64,000 nt of DNA. It comes from Lacibacter sp. (lineage in GTDB: Bacteria; Bacteroidota; Bacteroidia; Chitinophagales; Chitinophagaceae). Every line of letters begins with the position of its first letter. Within the stretch, counting starts at the first letter, position 1. The translations under genes were made by a program, and so were the position numbers. The DNA lies in assembly GCA_049240625.1 (NCBI GenBank), contig JBMLSG010000004.1, positions 41,351 to 105,350 of the forward strand. Direction: 5' to 3'. This document shows positions 18,066 to 27,964 of the stretch, in pieces. The notes under the pieces are model-generated. The model saw only the letters and a list, made by a program, of their open reading frames with translations, did not search any database and was not told the DNA's origin.

Positions 18066-21005
18066 ATGGCAACAGTGGCAGGAAAATACAAAGGACAGAA
18101 ACAGGATTCTTCACATGGTGATGCAATCGTTGTACAAGGGGCGCGTGTCCATAATTTAAAAAACATCTCGGTCGAGTTTCCTCGAAATCAATTGATTGTT
18201 GTTACAGGTGTTTCCGGAAGCGGCAAATCCTCGTTGACCATTGACACGCTCTATGCCGAAGGCCAAAGACGCTATGCCGAAAGTTTAAGTGCGTATGCAC
18301 GTCAATTCCTCAATCGAATGGATAAGCCGGATGTCGATATGATTAAAGGATTGTGTCCGGCCATTGCAATCGAGCAAAAGGTAATTGCCCGTACTCCCCG
18401 AAGTACGGTTGGGAGCATGACAGAAATTTATGATTATCTACGTTTGTTGTTTGCGCGGGTCGGGAAAACCATTTCTCCCGTTAGTGGAGATGAAGTGAAA
18501 AAAGCCGACGTTCTTGATGTGCTCAATCGGATTCAAAATTTGGAAAAGAATTCCAAGATTTTCTTATTGATTGTTTTTCCATTGCATCCATCACGCAGCC
18601 CTAAAGAGGAGCTGCAACTCTTGTTGCAAAAAGGGTTTACAAGAATCTTGTTTCGGTCTCAGACGGGAGTCGGTAATCAAAAGGTATCCGGGGCAATAAA
18701 GACACAGCGTGCCTCTTCAAAAAGGAAAACGGAATCTGAAGGTGCGAATCAGTATGCCGATGAATTAGTCCGTATAGAAGAGTTGCTGGATCTTTCCGAT
18801 AAAGAATGCGATCAAAAGTTGAAAAATAGTGTTTCGCAAACGATTCCCTATATTTTGATCGACCGTTTTGTGACGAAAGAATTTGATGAAGATGAATTGC
18901 ATCGAATATCCGATTCCGTTGGGACAGCATTTTATGAAGGGGAAGGTGAATTGTATTTAGAAGTGCAATCTGCCGAAGGCGAAAAACAGTTGTTGTCTTT
19001 TTCCAATAAATTCGAAATGGACGGATTGCGTTTTGAAGAGCCGGTTCCCAATCTGTTTTCTTACAACAACCCGTATGGGGCTTGTCCTGTATGTGAAGGG
19101 TTTGGTCAGGTATTGGGGGTCGATGAAAATCTGGTCATTCCGGATAAACGATTAAGTGTTTATGAAGGTGCAGTCGCTCCGTGGAAAGGGGAAAAGTTGG
19201 GGTGGTGGAAAGACCAGTTCCTGAAAGGTGCTGCCAAAGCCGGCTTCCCGGTTCATAAATCGATCCAGAATTTAACGGAACAGCAAAAAACACAATTGTG
19301 GAAAGGTGTAGGTAATGCACTGGGAATCGATGATTTCTTTAAAGAAGTTGAATCCAATTTATACAAAGTGCAGTATCGCGTTTTGCTGAGCCGCTATCGT
19401 GGACGTACCACATGTCCGGAATGCAACGGATTCCGTTTGCGAAAAGAGGCGTTATATGTTAAAATCGCGGGTAAGCAAATCGGCGAGTTGTGTGAAATGC
19501 CGGTCAGAGATCTTAAGTTATGGTTCGATGAATTGAGTCTCACGTCCTACGATCAATCTGTTGCAAATCGGATTTTGATTGAAATAAAAAACCGCATTCA
19601 TACTTTGATGCAGGTTGGACTTGGCTATTTAACCATGAGCCGGTTGGCGAATACACTGAGCGGAGGAGAGAGTCAACGAATCCAATTAACCCGATCCCTC
19701 GGAAGCAATCTTACAGATTCACTGTATATATTAGATGAACCTTCCATTGGCCTCCATCCGAGGGATACAGCAAATCTTATTCAGGTTCTTAAGGAACTGA
19801 AAAAACTGGGAAATACCGTGATTGTGGTTGAGCACGATGAACTGATGATGAGGGAAGCTGATCATATTATTGACATGGGCCCATTGGCCAGTCACTTGGG
19901 AGGAGAGGTGATTGCCGCCGGCAACTACAAGGCCATTACAGAAAATCCTGAAAGTTTGACCGGAAGATATCTTTCAGGCGCATTGCAGGTGCATGATTTT
20001 GGGAAGGCCAGGAAGTGGACACAAAGTGTAACGGTACAGGAGGCTTGTCAAAACAATTTAAAACAGCTTGATGTAACGTTTCCGCTCCATGTTTTGTGTG
20101 TGGTTTGTGGCGTAAGCGGAAGCGGTAAAACAACGTTGGTGAAGAATATTTTGTATCCCGCACTTCTGAATTTGAAAGGCGAGTTTACGGTGCGTCCGGG
20201 TTTGCACACGCAGCTTACAGGAGACACCGAAGCCATTGCCCAGGTAGAGCTGATTGATCAAAATCCTATTGGCAAAAGCAGTCGTAGTAACCCGGTAACT
20301 TATATAAAAGCCTATGATGCAATTCGGGAACTGTTTTCGGATCAGCCATTGAGTAAAATCAGAGGGTTTATGCCGAAGCACTTTTCATTCAATGTCGATG
20401 GCGGTCGTTGTGATGCATGTAAAGGAGAAGGCGAACAAGTAATCGAAATGCAGTTTCTGGCGGATGTTCATTTGACTTGCGAAGTATGTGGTGGTAAACG
20501 CTTTAAAGAGGAGGTTCTGGAAGTATTGTACAATGAGAAAAGCATTCATGATGTATTGGAAATGAGTGTCGACGAGGCGCTTCAGTTTTTTTCTTCGGAG
20601 CAGGATCTGGTAAGAAAATTAAATCCTTTGGCAGAAGTAGGTCTGGGCTATATTAAATTAGGGCAGAGTAGTGATACGTTGAGTGGAGGAGAGGCACAAA
20701 GGGTCAAACTGGCGAGCTTTTTAGGGCGTGGATCATCTCAGGGTTCCATACTTTTTATTTTTGATGAGCCTACAACAGGTTTACATTTTCACGATATCAG
20801 TAAACTTTTAAAAAGTTTTCATGCGTTGATTGAAAACGGACATTCGGTACTTGTGATTGAGCATAATACAGAGGTTATCAAGCGTGCCGATTGGTTGATT
20901 GAGTTGGGGCCGGAAGCCGGTGATGGTGGCGGTAAATTGGTATATGAAGGTGTTCCGGGTTCCGTAAAAAAAATAAAGGAAAGTCGCATTGCTCCTTTCC
21001 TTTAA
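18066..21005 (+). CDS. uvrA: Excinuclease ABC subunit A paralogue (UvrA2-like)
   Basis: Two ABC ATPase modules (GVSGSGKS/LSGGESQR/DEPSIG and GVSGSGKT/LSGGEAQR/DEPTTG) with Zn-finger Cys pairs. More divergent than the copy at 48384. Confidence 0.9.
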   Translation: MATVAGKYKGQKQDSSHGDAIVVQGARVHNLKNISVEFPRNQLIVVTGVSGSGKSSLTIDTLYAEGQRRYAESLSAYARQFLNRMDKPDVDMIKGLCPAIAIEQKVIARTPRSTVGSMTEIYDYLRLLFARVGKTISPVSGDEVKKADVLDVLNRIQNLEKNSKIFLLIVFPLHPSRSPKEELQLLLQKGFTRILFRSQTGVGNQKVSGAIKTQRASSKRKTESEGANQYADELVRIEELLDLSDKECDQKLKNSVSQTIPYILIDRFVTKEFDEDELHRISDSVGTAFYEGEGELYLEVQSAEGEKQLLSFSNKFEMDGLRFEEPVPNLFSYNNPYGACPVCEGFGQVLGVDENLVIPDKRLSVYEGAVAPWKGEKLGWWKDQFLKGAAKAGFPVHKSIQNLTEQQKTQLWKGVGNALGIDDFFKEVESNLYKVQYRVLLSRYRGRTTCPECNGFRLRKEALYVKIAGKQIGELCEMPVRDLKLWFDELSLTSYDQSVANRILIEIKNRIHTLMQVGLGYLTMSRLANTLSGGESQRIQLTRSLGSNLTDSLYILDEPSIGLHPRDTANLIQVLKELKKLGNTVIVVEHDELMMREADHIIDMGPLASHLGGEVIAAGNYKAITENPESLTGRYLSGALQVHDFGKARKWTQSVTVQEACQNNLKQLDVTFPLHVLCVVCGVSGSGKTTLVKNILYPALLNLKGEFTVRPGLHTQLTGDTEAIAQVELIDQNPIGKSSRSNPVTYIKAYDAIRELFSDQPLSKIRGFMPKHFSFNVDGGRCDACKGEGEQVIEMQFLADVHLTCEVCGGKRFKEEVLEVLYNEKSIHDVLEMSVDEALQFFSSEQDLVRKLNPLAEVGLGYIKLGQSSDTLSGGEAQRVKLASFLGRGSSQGSILFIFDEPTTGLHFHDISKLLKSFHALIENGHSVLVIEHNTEVIKRADWLIELGPEAGDGGGKLVYEGVPGSVKKIKESRIAPFL

Positions 21006-21010
21006 TGAGT

Positions 21011-21427
21011 TTAACGTAAGCGATCCATACTTCGGATCAACTGCTCGTCTTTATGAATGCCCCTTAGGGTTAAAATCTGCAAGATCGGCACAAGAAAACT
21101 CAGTACCGATGTTAACGACAGAGAACCTTCTTTGTAACCGGAAAACAAATAAAAATAGAATGCTAATACTCCGGCCTGAAGTAAGATTCCTGCAAACGTC
21201 AATTGCTTTTGAAGTTTTCTGTTTTTGAACAGAAAAATAGTAATCAACGAAAGCAGGCCAACAGCAACTGTCAGTAGCATCAACAGAAAGTGAGACATCC
21301 CGTTTACAGATTTGTACAAGTTGTCACTATCCATCCCGCTAAAAAAAGAAATCTTTAATGATGCCAGGGATGCGATGAAGGCAAACAAGAGCCACAAGGA
21401 TTGAATTCTTTGAATCATAAAAATCAA
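21011..21427 (-). CDS. DUF4293-like small membrane protein
   Basis: MIQRIQSLWL N-terminus, LFKNRKLQ, and C-terminal GIHKDEQLIRSMDRLR; 4 TM helices. Confidence 0.8.
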   Translation of the reverse strand: MIFMIQRIQSLWLLFAFIASLASLKISFFSGMDSDNLYKSVNGMSHFLLMLLTVAVGLLSLITIFLFKNRKLQKQLTFAGILLQAGVLAFYFYLFSGYKEGSLSLTSVLSFLVPILQILTLRGIHKDEQLIRSMDRLR

Positions 21428-21438
21428 TTGGGTTCAAC

Positions 21439-22719
21439 TTATCCCAGTTCAGGGTAAAGAGGGAATTGTTCCATGAATGCGTTAACTTCTTTTCTGATTT
21501 TATCCAACACGGCTTCGTCATCTGCATTCATCAGACTGCGATCAATCACATCCACTACAAAGTCCATATGTTCTTCTTTTAATCCGCGGGTTGTAACGGC
21601 AGCAACACCTGTACGGATCCCGCTCGTCACAAATGCACTTTTGTCATCAAAAGGCACCATGTTTTTGTTGGTCGTAATGTCAGCCTTTCCTAAAACGAGT
21701 TCGGCTTTTTTTCCACTGATATTTTTATTGCGTAAATCAATTAGCATAAGATGGTTGTCGGTACCATTTGAGATCAACTGATAATTCCGTTCTACAAAAG
21801 CTTTGGCCATCGCTTGTGCATTTTTTTGTACTTGCTTGGCATAGATCGTGAAATCATCGGTGAGGATTTCACCGAAGGCGACAGCTTTGGCTGCAATGAC
21901 ATGCTCCAATGGCCCTCCTTGTTGTCCTGGGAAAACAGCCATATCCAGCAAATTGCTCATCATGCGGATATTGCCTTTTACGTCTTTAAGTCCAAAAGGG
22001 TTTTCGAAGTCCTTGTGCATCAAAATAATGCCTCCTCTGGGTCCACGTAATGTTTTGTGCGTAGTGGAAGTTACAAAGTGACAATGTTCAAAAGGAGAGC
22101 TTAATAAATTTTTAGCGATCAATCCCGCAGGGTGAGCCATATCGCATAAAACAAACGCACCCACTTCATCTGCAACTTTGCGGATCCGAACATAATCCCA
22201 GTCGCGGCTGTAAGCACTCGCTCCGCAAATAATGAGTTTGGGTTTTACTTCACGTGCTTTACTTTCCAGCATTTCATAATCAATCAAGCCGGTTTCTTTC
22301 ACCACGCCATAAAAATGTGCCTGGTACAGTTTGCCACTGAAATTCACGGGAGAACCATGGGTCAAATGTCCACCCATGCTGAGGTCAAGTCCCAATATGG
22401 CGTCGCCGGGTTGAATGATTGCATGCATTACAGCCGCATTGGCTTGTGCTCCGCTATGTGGTTGTACATTGGCGTACTCGCAATTGAAAATGGCTTTTAC
22501 ACGGTCAATGGCTAATTGTTCTGTTTGGTCAACAATTTCGCAACCACCGTAATACCTTCTGCCGGGGTATCCTTCGGCATATTTATTGGTTAAAACGCTG
22601 CCCATGGCTTGCATCACTTGAAGCGAAGTGAAATTTTCGGACGCAATCAGTTCAATACCGTGGCGTTGACGTTGTAATTCTTTTTCAATCAGGTCGAAAA
22701 TGGCTGTATCTCTTTGCAT
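21439..22719 (-). CDS. glyA: Serine hydroxymethyltransferase
   Basis: [28 protein letters not shown] and PLP motif [12 protein letters not shown]. Confidence 0.98.
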   Translation of the reverse strand: MQRDTAIFDLIEKELQRQRHGIELIASENFTSLQVMQAMGSVLTNKYAEGYPGRRYYGGCEIVDQTEQLAIDRVKAIFNCEYANVQPHSGAQANAAVMHAIIQPGDAILGLDLSMGGHLTHGSPVNFSGKLYQAHFYGVVKETGLIDYEMLESKAREVKPKLIICGASAYSRDWDYVRIRKVADEVGAFVLCDMAHPAGLIAKNLLSSPFEHCHFVTSTTHKTLRGPRGGIILMHKDFENPFGLKDVKGNIRMMSNLLDMAVFPGQQGGPLEHVIAAKAVAFGEILTDDFTIYAKQVQKNAQAMAKAFVERNYQLISNGTDNHLMLIDLRNKNISGKKAELVLGKADITTNKNMVPFDDKSAFVTSGIRTGVAAVTTRGLKEEHMDFVVDVIDRSLMNADDEAVLDKIRKEVNAFMEQFPLYPELG

Positions 22720-22868
22720 GTTTGCTGGTTTAGAATCTTTATAATTTGATACGATGTGCTGACAATTCCGGCAGTTTCAATTTCTCATTTCGTTCGTTGT
22801 ATTACGAATGAATCCAAAAAAAGGTTGAATCGTCCGGTATTTTTCCGAAAAGGGGGCTTTCCGGGGTG

Positions 22869-22876
22869 CAAAAATA
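22869..22876 (-). promoter_or_regulatory. -7 promoter element of glyA
   Basis: CAAAAATA on + is TATTTTTG on -, about 150 nt upstream of the ATG. Confidence 0.55.
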
Positions 22877-22999
22877 AGCCTCCCGACAAAGTTGCAGTGT
22901 TTTACAGAGATTTTTTTATGAACAAAGACCTTACACAGAAATGGACTGTTAGTCTAAAAAATCCTACTTTCATGGCTTCGATTCGACGAAGTAACGAAC

Positions 23000-23992
23000 A
23001 TGAAGGCAATCATTCCGGTAGCCGGAGCTGGAACAAAGCTCAGGCCCCACACATATACACAGCCAAAGGCACTCATCCCGATTGCAGGCAAAACTGTTTT
23101 AAGCATCATTGTAGAACAATTGCAGGATGCCGGTATTCATGATTTTGTCTTTGTCCTGGGCTATCTGGGAGATAAAATTCACGATTATATCCGGGAAACC
23201 TTTCCGAATATTCAGGCAAACTATGTCTATCAAAACGACCGTCTGGGTTTGGGGCACGCTATTTTGCTTGCAGAGGATTTTGTGAATGAAGAAGAGGTTA
23301 TTATTGTATTGGGCGATACGGTTTGTGAGTACAATTTAAAGGAAGTGCTTCAGCATGATGGATCGGCTCTGGGTGTCAAGAAAGTAGATGATCCTCGTAA
23401 TTTCGGAGTTGCAGAATTGGATGAAAACGGACGCATTTGTCGGGTTGTTGAAAAGCCGCAGATTCCTAAAAGCAACATGGCGCTTGTAGGAATCTATAAA
23501 ATCAAGGAAACCGCTTTGTTGTTTGAATGTTTGCATTCCAATTTTAACGTTGGTCTTAAAAGCAGGGATGAGTTCAATTTAACCGATGCACTGGAATGCA
23601 TGATTCAAAAAGGAGCTTCTTTCAATCCCTTTAAAGTGACCAATTGGTTTGATTGCGGCAATAAAGAATCCTTGTTGCAATCTAATGCAACGCTGCTGAA
23701 AAAATTCGGCAACACAATTTCCGAAGATCATCAGTTTGAAAATGTAATCATTGTACAGCCGGTAAGCATTGGAAAAAAATGCGATATCAGGAATTCGATC
23801 ATTGGACCCAACGTTACGATAGGCGAAAACACGACAATCAACTATTCCATCATAAAAGAGTCAATCATCGGATCCTATGCCGATTTGTTTGATATTGTCC
23901 TGGAGGATTCCCTCATTGGAAGTGATACGGAAGTGAAAGGGGAGTCGCGCAGTTTGAATATAGGCGACAATACAGAAATTCATTTGGGCTAA
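23000..23992 (+). CDS. Sugar-phosphate nucleotidyltransferase with C-terminal left-handed beta-helix
   Basis: AGAGTKLRPHT, KALIPIAGK, VEKP and WFDCG motifs; hexapeptide repeats at the C-terminus. Confidence 0.9.
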   Translation: MKAIIPVAGAGTKLRPHTYTQPKALIPIAGKTVLSIIVEQLQDAGIHDFVFVLGYLGDKIHDYIRETFPNIQANYVYQNDRLGLGHAILLAEDFVNEEEVIIVLGDTVCEYNLKEVLQHDGSALGVKKVDDPRNFGVAELDENGRICRVVEKPQIPKSNMALVGIYKIKETALLFECLHSNFNVGLKSRDEFNLTDALECMIQKGASFNPFKVTNWFDCGNKESLLQSNATLLKKFGNTISEDHQFENVIIVQPVSIGKKCDIRNSIIGPNVTIGENTTINYSIIKESIIGSYADLFDIVLEDSLIGSDTEVKGESRSLNIGDNTEIHLG

Positions 23993-24074
23993 CCGCTTTC
24001 TTTTGTTTTTAGTCTTCTGCTGATATCTTTGCAGGGTTCCACATTACGTTCTTTACAGAAGAAACTACATTGTT

Positions 24075-25031
24075 ATGACAGTTGCATTTCAAAATCGCAT
24101 CACCCATCTTTTTGGCATCGACAAACCAATCATTCAGGCCGGTATGATTTGGGCTAGTGGGTGGAGGTTGGCTGCAGCTGTGAGTAATGCGGGTGGACTT
24201 GGCATCATCGGCAGCGGTAGTATGTATCCCGATGTTTTGAGGGAGCATATTCGTAAATGCAAATCTGCTACCGGTTTGCCGTTTGGTGTGAATGTTCCCT
24301 TGCTTTATGCAGATATTGAAAAGCATGTTGAGATTTTAATTGAGGAAGGCGTAAAGATTGTATTTACCAGCGCAGGAAATCCCAAATTGCTGACCTCTCG
24401 ATTGAAAGAGCACGGCATGACTGTCGTTCACGTTGTAAGCAGTTCAAAATTCGCGGTTAAAGCACAGGAAGCCGGTTGCGACGCAGTTGTTGCGGAAGGA
24501 TTTGAAGCAGGTGGTCATAATGGAAGAGAGGAAACCACTACAATGGTCTTGCTTCCGGCAGTACGAAAAGCCGTTGATATACCGCTGATTGCTGCGGGAG
24601 GGATCGCCACCGGTCGTCAAATAATGGCTGCGATGGTTTTGGGTGCCGAGGGGGTTCAGGTGGGAAGTCGTTATGTTGCAAGTGAAGAGGCCAGCAGTCA
24701 CATTCATTTTAAGCAAGCGGTTCTTCAAAGTAATGAGGGTGATACCAAATTAATGCTGAAACAATTGGCTCCGGTTCGCTTGTTGAAAAATACGTTTTAT
24801 CAACAAGTGCAGGCAGCTGAAGATGCAGGCGCCTCTAAGGAAGCACTCGTGCAATTGCTGGGCCGTGCCCGTGCAAAGAAAGGTATGTTTGAGGGCGATC
24901 TTGAAGAAGGGGAATTAGAAATTGGTCAGGTGAGCGCATTATTGGACTCCATTCTTCCTGCAGGTGTAATAACGGAAAACTTATGGTCAGAATTCTGTCA
25001 GGCAACGAAACAACCTTTTTATCCATTTTAA
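24075..25031 (+). CDS. Nitronate monooxygenase / FabK-like FMN oxidoreductase
   Basis: PIIQAGM, AVSNAGGLG, EGFEAGGH, IAAGGIATG and GVQVGSRY motifs. Confidence 0.88.
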   Translation: MTVAFQNRITHLFGIDKPIIQAGMIWASGWRLAAAVSNAGGLGIIGSGSMYPDVLREHIRKCKSATGLPFGVNVPLLYADIEKHVEILIEEGVKIVFTSAGNPKLLTSRLKEHGMTVVHVVSSSKFAVKAQEAGCDAVVAEGFEAGGHNGREETTTMVLLPAVRKAVDIPLIAAGGIATGRQIMAAMVLGAEGVQVGSRYVASEEASSHIHFKQAVLQSNEGDTKLMLKQLAPVRLLKNTFYQQVQAAEDAGASKEALVQLLGRARAKKGMFEGDLEEGELEIGQVSALLDSILPAGVITENLWSEFCQATKQPFYPF

Positions 25032-25171
25032 GGATTCCCGTTGCCGTTCATCAAATTTAACATCTGTCACGGTATCATGTTATTGTAACATCCGTTCGGG
25101 CATATTAAATTCGTTTTCGGTTTCTGTAAAAGAAACTGCAATGTGTTTATTGCTCACTTTAAAGTAGGAAC

Positions 25172-25561
25172 ATGTACAAATTTTCGTTGATATTGTTGTT
25201 TTTCTTCGCAAATGCCACCCTGTCACAAGCCGGTAATGGAGTTGAAACCGGTACGGTGACCGGTACAATTGTAGATGCAGAAACTAAAAAACCTGTGGCC
25301 AATGTCTCTCTGTCGGCTATTTTACAAAATCGTGGTTACCGGAAAACAATCGTAACGGATGCACAGGGTAATTTTATCATGAGCCATGTTCCGGTAGGGG
25401 AACATATTCTTTTCATAGACAAAAGAGGTTATAAATTATATCGAAAAGAGGGCATTCAGGTAAAGCACGGTACACCGTTGAAGATGTACATCGAGTTGCT
25501 TCCGGATGAACCGGCCGGTCTACATTCCAACATGGTTCCAATTACGTTACATTCTATCTGA
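25172..25561 (+). CDS. Secreted carboxypeptidase-regulatory-like domain protein
   Basis: Signal peptide, then GTVTGTIVDAETKKPV and TDAQGNF beta-sandwich pattern. Confidence 0.75.
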   Translation: MYKFSLILLFFFANATLSQAGNGVETGTVTGTIVDAETKKPVANVSLSAILQNRGYRKTIVTDAQGNFIMSHVPVGEHILFIDKRGYKLYRKEGIQVKHGTPLKMYIELLPDEPAGLHSNMVPITLHSI

Positions 25562-25621
25562 TTCAAAAGCTGCGAATTCATTTCGGAAAAACGATCTCCT
25601 CCCAGTGTGATTTAGAGGCGC

Positions 25622-26950
25622 TTAATTTTTTCGAAACGCCCAACGCATCATTTCCTTCCATGTTGCTCTTTTCCCATACATCAAGATTCCGGTTCTGTAA
25701 ATTTTGCCACTTAGCCAGGTGGTAAAAAGAAAGCCTCCAATGAGTAAAGTCATAGATAAGGCCAGTTGCCAGTAGGGGACACTTTCCGGAACGCCGGACG
25801 GGATACGGGCCATCATAACAATGGGCGAGGTAAACGGTATTATGCTTCCCCAAAAAGCAATATCGCCTGTGGGGTTTTCTATACTTGAAGTCATCATCAC
25901 AAACCCAAGGATAATGGGAAGTGTTATGGGCAACATAAGTGATTGCGCCTCCTGCGGGTCCTCGTTTACAACACTGCCAACGGCCGCAAACAAGGCAGCG
26001 TAAAAGAGATAGCCACCCATAAAGTAAAACAAAAAGCATCCGATGATCAGAGGCCAGTTGGCCGATAAAACGATGTCGCGCACTTCGGCTGCTTTCAGAG
26101 CCATTGCCTGATTCTGGACCATAGATGGCATGGCTTCATTCGTTTGTTGCGTGTGTTGTAACAACTCCTGAGGAAGGAAAATGGAAGAAAGAGAAGAGAG
26201 CAGTACAAGTACGCCAATCCATAATAACAATTGTGTAAGTCCCACCGCGGCAATCCCAATAATTTTTCCGAGCATCAACTGAAAGGGTTTTACGCTGCTA
26301 ACGATAACCTCTGCTATCCGATTGGTTTTTTCTTCCATTACACCTCGCATGACGGAAGCGCCGTATACAAAAAGCGTGATGTATATGATGATTCCACTCG
26401 CAAATCCGATGGCATAGGCCAATGATTTGTTGTCTTCTTTCAACTCGCTTCCGGAAACTTTATAGGAACGATAGTTCAGCAGATCGTGCCGTTCGCTTGC
26501 TTTTCGTATGGAGTCTAAAACGAGTCGGTTAAGCCCTCTTTCAAGCAATAGTATATCTTCATTCACCTTCTGGATTTGACTTTTTATCGTCTCGTCCGTT
26601 GACAAGCCCATTTGCTGGTAGGAGTACAATCGGATGGAATCGGGTGTGTTTTGGTCCGATGAATAGACAACGAGCAGCCCTTGATAACCCAGTTCTTTGT
26701 AATTCGATTGCGAAACTTGTTCGGGATATCCAAAAAAAGTGGTGTTTGTGTTACTCAGTTGATTTTTGTAGCGGCCGGACTGGTCCTGAACAGCAATTTT
26801 GTTTTGCTGAATGCTTTTGGCTCCTAAATAGGCCGACCCCACGAAAAATAAAACCATGATCAGCGGGAAAAGAAAGGTGGACAACAAAAAAGTTTTGTTG
26901 CGAACTCTGGTCAGATACTCCCGGGTAACAATAATCCAAACTTTTTTCAT
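25622..26950 (-). CDS. ABC-2 type transporter permease (NatB-like)
   Basis: REYLTRVR, GVMEEKTNRIAEVIVSS, GKIIG and IPFTSPIVM motifs. Confidence 0.92.
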   Translation of the reverse strand: MKKVWIIVTREYLTRVRNKTFLLSTFLFPLIMVLFFVGSAYLGAKSIQQNKIAVQDQSGRYKNQLSNTNTTFFGYPEQVSQSNYKELGYQGLLVVYSSDQNTPDSIRLYSYQQMGLSTDETIKSQIQKVNEDILLLERGLNRLVLDSIRKASERHDLLNYRSYKVSGSELKEDNKSLAYAIGFASGIIIYITLFVYGASVMRGVMEEKTNRIAEVIVSSVKPFQLMLGKIIGIAAVGLTQLLLWIGVLVLLSSLSSIFLPQELLQHTQQTNEAMPSMVQNQAMALKAAEVRDIVLSANWPLIIGCFLFYFMGGYLFYAALFAAVGSVVNEDPQEAQSLMLPITLPIILGFVMMTSSIENPTGDIAFWGSIIPFTSPIVMMARIPSGVPESVPYWQLALSMTLLIGGFLFTTWLSGKIYRTGILMYGKRATWKEMMRWAFRKN

Positions 26951-26959
26951 ATTGAAAAA

Positions 26960-27895
26960 TTATAATGAAGGTGTTTCAAATTGGCGAGTGAGTGGTGTTC
27001 CTTCCACAAGACGGATGAAGATTTCATTTAATGAGGGAAGGATTTCGTGGAAGGCGACGATTGTTTGATGGTTTTGAATGCAATGCAGTAAAACATCATT
27101 TGTGCTGTAATTGTTATCGATTTTAATGATCAATTCATTGCCTTTTTTTTGAATGATGTCAAAAGATGGGTGTTGGGGTATATTTTCCGGCACATCAAGT
27201 GTAAGTTTAAAAAGGTGCTCCTTGAACTTTTGTTTGATTGTTGCAACACTTCCATCCAGAATTTTCGTGCCTTTGTTGACCAGAACAATGTGGTCACAAA
27301 TTTCTTCAACTTGCTCCATTCGATGAGTGCTGAAAATGATGGTGCTGCCATTTTGGGCGAGCTTAAAAATCTCTTCTTTGATGAGGTTGGAATTGATGGG
27401 ATCCAAGCCACTGAACGGTTCGTCTAAAATGATGAGATCGGGTTCATGCAAAACTGTTGTAACAAATTGCAGTTTCTGACTCATGCCTTTTGAAAGGTCC
27501 TCCACTTTTTTATTCCACCATCCGGTCATTTCAAATTTTTCAAACCAGTATTTGACCTTTTCGAATGCCTCCTTTTTGGAGAGGCCTTTCAGTTGCGCCA
27601 GGTAAAGTGCTTGTTCCCCGATTTTCATTTTTTTATACAATCCACGCTCTTCCGGCATATAACCTATTTTTTGAATATCGGTCGTGGGATGAAATGGGGA
27701 TCCGTTTAAAAGAATAGATCCTGAGTCGGGATAGAAAATGCCGGTGATCATTCGGATCAAGGTCGTTTTTCCGGCGCCATTGGGGCCAAGCAAACCAAAG
27801 ATGGATCCTTTTTGAATGGATAGGCTGATGTCATCAACTGCCTTTTGTGTAGCAAAATATTTTCGAAGATGTTGAACTTCCAGAATGGTATTCAT
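26960..27895 (-). CDS. ABC transporter ATP-binding protein (NatA-like)
   Basis: GPNGAGKTT, LSKGMSQK, LDEPFSGLD and STH motifs. Confidence 0.95.
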   Translation of the reverse strand: MNTILEVQHLRKYFATQKAVDDISLSIQKGSIFGLLGPNGAGKTTLIRMITGIFYPDSGSILLNGSPFHPTTDIQKIGYMPEERGLYKKMKIGEQALYLAQLKGLSKKEAFEKVKYWFEKFEMTGWWNKKVEDLSKGMSQKLQFVTTVLHEPDLIILDEPFSGLDPINSNLIKEEIFKLAQNGSTIIFSTHRMEQVEEICDHIVLVNKGTKILDGSVATIKQKFKEHLFKLTLDVPENIPQHPSFDIIQKKGNELIIKIDNNYSTNDVLLHCIQNHQTIVAFHEILPSLNEIFIRLVEGTPLTRQFETPSL

Positions 27896-27964
27896 AAGTC
27901 GTTAGATTTCTTTTGAAGAATCAGGTGTAAATTAAAAAAGAACGGAATGTGTTCTTGCGAAATA

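Noticed and set aside
22756-23142. 128-aa ORF overlapping the nucleotidyltransferase start
   Set aside because: It crosses the glyA promoter and overlaps a real CDS out of frame.
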